A stretch of 61,040 bases of DNA, counting the filler, from Streblomastix strix (taxonomy: Eukaryota): assembly GCA_008636045.1 (NCBI GenBank). It is 3 parts of 3 records of this genome, joined end to end, with 100 filler letters (N's around TTAATTAATTAA, not from the genome) between each part and the next. Parts side by side here need not be neighbours in the genome. Positions count along the whole stretch, not along the records: positions 40,766 to 61,040 come from SNRW01000444.1; 2 more parts are not named here. One strand, 5' to 3'. Within the stretch, counting starts at the first letter, position 1. Every line of letters begins with the position of its first letter. Below, piece after piece: positions 55,338 through 61,040 of this stretch. The notes below the pieces were generated by a model, which worked only from the letters and a program-made list of their open reading frames with translations, was not told the origin of the DNA and ran no database searches. Position numbers and translations under genes: made by a program.

Positions 55338-56179
55338 TCATTTATTCTCCATTTTGCCCTTTATAAAATTAATGAGTTCATCCATTAATTCAGGCTTAAG
55401 AATGTATCTACATTAATTGAATTTTATTTTATCTCCAAACATTTACGATAACTATTTTTTTATCTCATAATTTTTTGATTTACTTGTAGTTATTTTATCA
55501 TAGAATAATAGACTATCATTTAATTCATTAATTTATTACTAGTGCAATATCTATTTCTTCTTCAGATATTAAGAACAATATTATCATCTTCTTCATCATC
55601 ATCTACTTGAACAGCAAATACATAATCGGTTTAATAGCCTTCTGGAACTGCTCGATGTTTTAATTGTTTTATTTCATAATTTTATTCGTTTATCTTTTAT
55701 TATTATTCTTCAATAACCAAATCAATCATATCCTCAGCGAAGACTTATATACTTGCTACATCATAATAAGACGATTATATACGTTCATTAATTGAATCCA
55801 TTATTTGATTGACTATATATAAATATTTTATTTATGTCTTCATACATATTATATTGATTAAATCTTTATGTATATATGTTCCCCTTACATCGTTAATATA
55901 TTCATTTACTAATTGATACTCAAGAAGGGGCTGGGCTGTTTTGGGCCCAGCTGATTGTTCGAGCAAAAATTGCTTGTAATCCCTATACGTTGCGGTTGAT
56001 GTAATTTTCTTTAATTGTTTATTTATATGCTCGCGTTCATTAATTTATGTCACTAATTTAGTTGTATTAGTGAATCTATCTTTATCGTGTATGATTATCT
56101 CGAACATCATAAAGGAGCCAATGGTGAAAGTCTCATTAATTGAAGTAATTGATTTAGTGGTTGCTGTTGTTGATTACAT
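55338..56179 (-). pseudogene. KilA-N domain protein
   Basis: INETFTIG...EIIIHDKDRFTNTTKL...VRGTYIHKDLINIICM, coiled coil, RAVP; TGA at 55562. Confidence 0.8.
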
Positions 56180-56226
56180 TTTATATAAAATAAAATTTCA
56201 AAAAATAAAAAAAACGTTATTAATTT

Positions 56227-57265
56227 TCAATTTCTTAATATTTCAAATTTTCCGAGCCACTTGTTTAAAATCGTAAACTCATATTTATTTAATGTGCCAT
56301 ATAATAATAACATCTATTCAAAATCCAACCCTTAAATTGAATTTTCCTCGTAAATTTATTTTAAATCACTCTCTCCTATTTTAACTCCTATTACTATAAC
56401 ATGAGAAAGAATGGGCGCAGTCTTAAATAAATAACTGGGTCGTTAAGCTATAAAGAATATGGTATTTTTACTATGGTGTGAATCGCAAACGAGATGCGTT
56501 ATTGTTTTCGATAATGAAGATGAAAATCGTTGTATATCAGCATTGGATCCTATATCATCAAACAGCATCATAGTATTCAATAGCTGAGCATCTTTTAATT
56601 TAGAAATTTTTAATACTTTTCGTCTGCTGTTTATTTATCATCAATTACTTTCAATTTCTTTTGATAGGTAACATTTTAAATAATGGGGGGAACTTTGAAC
56701 CGCAGGATTTCAAAAGATTGTGAGTATTTATTTATGGTCCCTATTATTGTAGATTAAAATAATTCATTAATTCTTTCTACATATTTATCTGGTTTCTCGG
56801 CCACTGCGTAGCAGTCTGCCGACTCCCTTTTTATCGCGTTATTATCTATTATTTTCTCTTTCATTCGCTTAATAAAATCGTTATTGTAATCAAAATTTTA
56901 TTCCCGCAGCTTATAATAAGTACAAACTTATTTAGTGCTATATTTTACCTCGTCAAACACTGGCAAAAAAACATAGCCTCGCCATAGGTTATATTCACTA
57001 TTTATATTCCTTTGCTATTTAAATTTAAGGCCATTGTTTCATTCGCTCCAAAATTAGAGAAATTAATTATATAGGGGTCAATTATTTTTTTATATATAAC
57101 AATCAGCTTGGACATAAGCGTTGTTTTACCTGAGCCAACAGCTCCAACTATATAATGGTTGCCATTGACGAGGAACAACAAATTTTTCGTTAGTAATAGC
57201 GTTTTATATTCGTTCAATAAATCTTAGTTCGCAAATTATATATTTTATAAATCCGCTAATGTCAT
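56227..57265 (-). CDS. A32-like (FtsK-HerA) genome-packaging ATPase
   Basis: Walker A IVGAVGSGKTT; Walker B MMLFDD; downstream DSHHSKNTIFFIAQ, matching the R-H...hhhhQ motif with the Arg apparently replaced. Confidence 0.85.
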
Positions 57266-57677
57266 TTTTATTTGGATAAACTGAATAATTTGAATTTAAT
57301 AATGGCCACCATGAACTATATGATTTATGGCTTCAATTTTATTATATCTATTTTATCTATATTTATACCTGATAAATTAACCGAAACAGTTAATTTAATC
57401 AAATAATTATGGGACTATTTAGACCTAATATTAGTTCCACTTTACATTTCAGTTTATATAATATAATTTTTTTATAGAAGGAAAATGGATAAGAAATAAT
57501 AATTAATTCATTGGAATAAATTAACAGTATAATAAATTGAGTCATTTCTGAATGAAGCAATAGCAAATAAAGATTTTGAATTAGCCCAGCACTGGCGATA
57601 TATTTTATATTTGAAGATGATAAATGATAAATAATAAGTTTGAAATTAATTATTTTTATTTTTTTATCTGTTATAAA

Positions 57678-58040
57678 ATGACTCTCGCTTCGCTCAACCC
57701 TTCGGTTAATCAATTTGAAAAACTGGAATTCTATTTAAGCCAAGACTAAGTAAAGATAGATGGGCAACTAATCAAATAAATCAACGGCATGCAATTTAAT
57801 GAGCTCCGTTTATGGAACCTGTAATTCTATCAATTAACCAAAGCCAAAAACAGCGATTATACATATTAAAGGAAGTTAAAATAATATGGGAAATATAACG
57901 AAAAATATATATTCGTTAATGATACAAATAATATTGAATAGAAAATAGGCATAAAACAAATCATTTAATCGAATCATAAAAGGAAACCTAAAAGAGAATC
58001 CTTAAATGAAAACACCGAAGAATAATAATGTGGGATATGA
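57678..58040 (+). CDS. Viral hypothetical protein (120 aa)
   Basis: Intact frame; TATAAAATG start. Confidence 0.6.
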
Positions 58041-58309
58041 AAAATATTTATTATTATTATTAATTAAATGAATCATCCTGATGGATTGCAATAAATATAT
58101 TAATTGGCAACAAACATCGGCCTATAATATAACGCGACGGATTACGTAATATTTAAAATATTCGAGGCATTAATTGAACCAAATAATTTATCTGATGATG
58201 AAAAATAAACGCTGCGCTAATTCAAAGACCATTGTACATTTGCGGAACCGCTAACAGATAAAACAATTGAACTCATTAAATATATCCAATTTCTCAAATT
58301 TGCTTATGA

Positions 58310-58741
58310 AATTAAATTTATCTGGTAATAATTGACCAAGCTACTATTTTATGCATCATTTACAAAGTCAGTGTATATTTATTTCTCTGTTTCATTAGCT
58401 TCGGAAATTATATATTTTTTGATTTACATGGGCTACACATTTTAGTCCAATTGCTTTTTAATTTAATTGTATTTATTTTTAAAATATTTCTCCTGTTCAT
58501 TAAATAGTTTATTTTTATATTCTTCTTCATCGACATATTATTTTATACTTTACAATTTATTATATAAATTTAGAAATTATTTATTTATTCTCTGCAATTC
58601 TTTCAAAAATGGATGCATTGGCTGTTTATTTTCTTTGATAAGCAAATTATTTAGTGCATCGATGGCTACCCTTATTGTATCCTCATTTTCAAAGTGGCAT
58701 TTGACAAGTTCATTAAATAATTATTTTATAGGTTTCTCCAT
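58310..58741 (-). CDS. Viral coiled-coil hypothetical protein (3' end uncertain)
   Basis: TATATAAATG start; MEKPIKQLFNELVKCHF...; long open frame. Confidence 0.5.
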
Positions 58742-58788
58742 TTATATAAAAATAAAATTAGAAAAGATATGCGGAGTATTTCGCAATA

Positions 58789-58876
58789 CAGCCGCAAGTG
58801 GTGGCAAAACTTCGTTTTGCATAATAAACCCCAGCCGCAAGAGGTGGTAAAACTTCGTTTTGCATAATAAAACCCC
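58789..58876. repeat. 43-44 bp tandem duplication containing a GCAAAAC-TTC-GTTTTGC hairpin
   Basis: CAGCCGCAAGWGGTGGYAAAACTTCGTTTTGCATAATAAA(A)CCC, two copies, directly 3' of fibre 2. Confidence 0.9.
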
Positions 58877-58888
58877 ATTTATGGAATC

Positions 58889-60859
58889 TCACCGAGGAAC
58901 TGACCCTAATGTAATTTGTTTAACACGCCAATATACTTTTGGCCCATCGCTATAAAATCCTCCTTCTGTACCGGTACTATTTACACCCCATAAAATCGGA
59001 TTACCAGCTGAATAATTAACTGACCCATTAGTTGCTCCATTCGTTGCTCCTGATCCAGCGATAACTGACCCATTGAAACTTAATGAGTTTCCATCAACTG
59101 AAATAGATAATCCTCCATTTGCAACGTTTTAATCAGCTGTACGCTCTATATTTAACGTTCCATTACCTTTTTTGAATATTGACCATTAGCCATCAATCGA
59201 ACCAGCTGTATTGATAGAAGAAGTTCCAATATATATAGCACTAATATTATTGTTATTATTAGCAATTCGCAAACCTTCGCTATAATTTCCTGTTGATGAA
59301 TTAATTTACGTGTTGCCTTTAATTATACCGCCTTGATTTTTGAATTGAGTTTATATTGCAGTACCAGTAAATAATGAACCAGTGGGTAATGTATCAGTAA
59401 TTATATTAAATTGATTTATATTATCTTATAGTATAAAATTATCACGAACATTAGATCCAGAGAGTTATGATAAATTAATGTTAAAAAGTATATAAGTACT
59501 GTCTGAAAATACTTTCATATAGAATCTTAAAATAAGAGATGTTTCATGGGTATCAGCACAAATCATAAAATCAGTTTATACTTATCCAAATTGTGTAACT
59601 TCAAATTTTCTATTATAGTCGTTCTGAATTCTAAGATTACACATAATCTGATAAAATAAATCAACAACATAAGTAGTATTAATATCCATAGTATAACCAT
59701 ATGAACCGTTAGATGTATAATTAGGTATAGTTAATACAGCAAAACACAACCAATATATACCATCAGCAGGATCAATTTAATAAGCTCTTGGTGCAACACT
59801 TGTATTAAAATCTGTTAATGATTCATTTATTCCATCAGCCAGTAGTATTTATTGATTTGTTCCACCTGTTTTAATAAATTTAGTCGCTGTAATGTTTCCG
59901 TCATATGTTAATTATTAAAGATGAACATGGTCATTTCTACAGTAATAATCACTAGTATCATTAACAGCAGCGGCAGCATTTACCAGTGGCACATTTGCCA
60001 CAGTTTGATCAACATTAAGGGGGTGTTAATGTTGGGAACAGGCATATATATTTGATGTGCAAGCTGTTCCTGTTCCTGAATCTTTTAGATATATATCATA
60101 ACTTAGATTTACATGATGGGTATGGTCAGATCTAGCATAAGTGGCAGCAGTGCCAGCCTATCCCTCAGCAGTATTAGCGGAAGGCAAGACAGACGAAATT
60201 TGAAAGCGGTGCTAATGGTCCCCACGGCTATATTCATTTGAAATGCCAGCAAAACCTGCGCCACTATCAACCAATGGCACCGCATCACTCGCGGGCGTTA
60301 CCTAGTCTGCGACAATATCGCCGCTATTATACCATTCATCAGAATACATCCATACTGTCCCAGACTCCGCATTAAATGCAAAATCTCCATCAGCGGAATT
60401 TAGCAAATTTTAAATATGCGTGTTCAATAAATAATATCCCCTAAAATGCTGCTATCGTGCAAGCTCTTGCTGTATGGTTATTATTTCATTTTTTACCCCA
60501 ACAATATCAGAGTCAATAGATCCGACAGTTGATTGTAATTAATTTACTTCATTAATTAATTGGTTAATTTATGCGACGAAATCAAAATTTAAGACCTTTA
60601 AATTCTTTTCCGTCAATAAGCCATCAGCGGCAATGTTTAACGCAAAATCTGAAGCTTAGCTATCAATGATTTAATTATTGGCAACATAAACTAAAGCGTT
60701 ATCATTATTTATAAATAATTAATAATCTTCATTTTGCAATTATCCACCCGCAGAGTTGCCGCCACTTTTCGAGTATTGGATATAATAAGCTATATCATTA
60801 GTGATTAATTACCTGACGGTTCGAATTTATTACTATGAAAGCGAATTATTTCTTTGCAT
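58889..60859 (-). CDS. Fibre protein 2, phage tail-fibre-like with HxH repeats (at least one frameshift)
   Basis: YSRGDHQH, YARSDHTH, YACSQHQH, YCRNDHVH; ITATKFIKTGGTNQQILLADG; YSEGLRIA...GQWSIF; ...GFYSDGPKVYWR. Confidence 0.8.
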
Positions 60860-60929
60860 TTGTAATTTATATAACACAAAAATAAAAATAATAAACGAAA
60901 TACATAAACGAAATACACAAATGGATCTG

Positions 60930-61040
60930 TCAGCTCTTTTTATTGACTAGTCGATCCACTGCTACTTGCCAGTCCTGCACCAGCACCAAGTGCGCCACCA
61001 ATGCCCGGATGGATCATTCCTACGGGGCCCGCTACCGTTG
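60930..61040 (-). CDS. 3' end of a Gly/Ala-rich amphipathic viral protein (possible core/membrane-active protein)
   Basis: TVAGPVGMIHPGIGGALGAGAGLA...; a 1-nt shift continues it as AVDRLVNKKS*. Confidence 0.5.

Larger units (their letters stand above)
40766..61040. mobile_element. Endogenous Polinton/Maverick-like dsDNA virus (one element or two adjacent elements), partly decayed
   Basis: Intronless compact ORFs for pPolB, rve integrase, packaging ATPase, capsid-like proteins, fibres and KilA-N; AGTAGT terminal motifs. Confidence 0.92.

Noticed and set aside
58068..58741. Long antisense overlap between two viral ORFs
   Set aside because: With only one stop codon, long open frames arise easily by chance, and the element is decayed; the true ends are uncertain
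452..58850. Most ORFs in the supplied track, e.g. Leu/His/Phe-rich ones
   Set aside because: Standard-code fragments or antisense/off-frame shadows of real table-6 genes
58789..58876. CRISPR-like array (also considered 7118-7229 and 47421-47490)
   Set aside because: Repeats are directly tandem with no unique spacers, and no cas genes are present
58889..60859. Bacterial prophage contamination suggested by the tail-fibre genes
   Set aside because: The fibre ORFs require TAR=Gln and lie among Polinton-type genes

Overview
AT-rich protist DNA that reads as genes only when TAA/TAG encode Gln and TGA is the sole stop (translation table 6), so the supplied standard-code ORF track is largely uninformative. 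The code, the 60-100 nt introns and the gene families fit an oxymonad such as Streblomastix, but this is an inference. Artificial N-TTAATTAATTAA-N linkers at 20284-20383 and 40666-40765 join three independent contigs. Contig 1 carries a formin, a Pirh2/RCHY1-like CHY-RING ligase, a SPRY-like orphan, a 3xUbl-ARM-like protein, degraded relics and a membrane-anchored S41-like protein. Contig 2 carries GINS Psf1, a very large orphan and SPAG17/PF6. Contig 3 (40766-61040) is an intronless, gene-dense, partly decayed endogenous Polinton/Maverick-like DNA virus written in the host's non-standard code. It encodes a major capsid 3' end, a penton-like protein, a packaging ATPase, an rve integrase, a multidomain protein-primed PolB with an HNH insert, KilA-N, an AT-hook protein and two bacteriophage-tail-fibre-like genes. 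Non-coding highlights are four alternating AGTAGT-type terminal repeats, GC-rich mini-hairpins dispersed inside viral ORFs (including a 27-nt twin), a candidate Pol III VA-like RNA and a shared TAAATG start motif. All protein calls come from manual translation and motif recognition; no database search was run.
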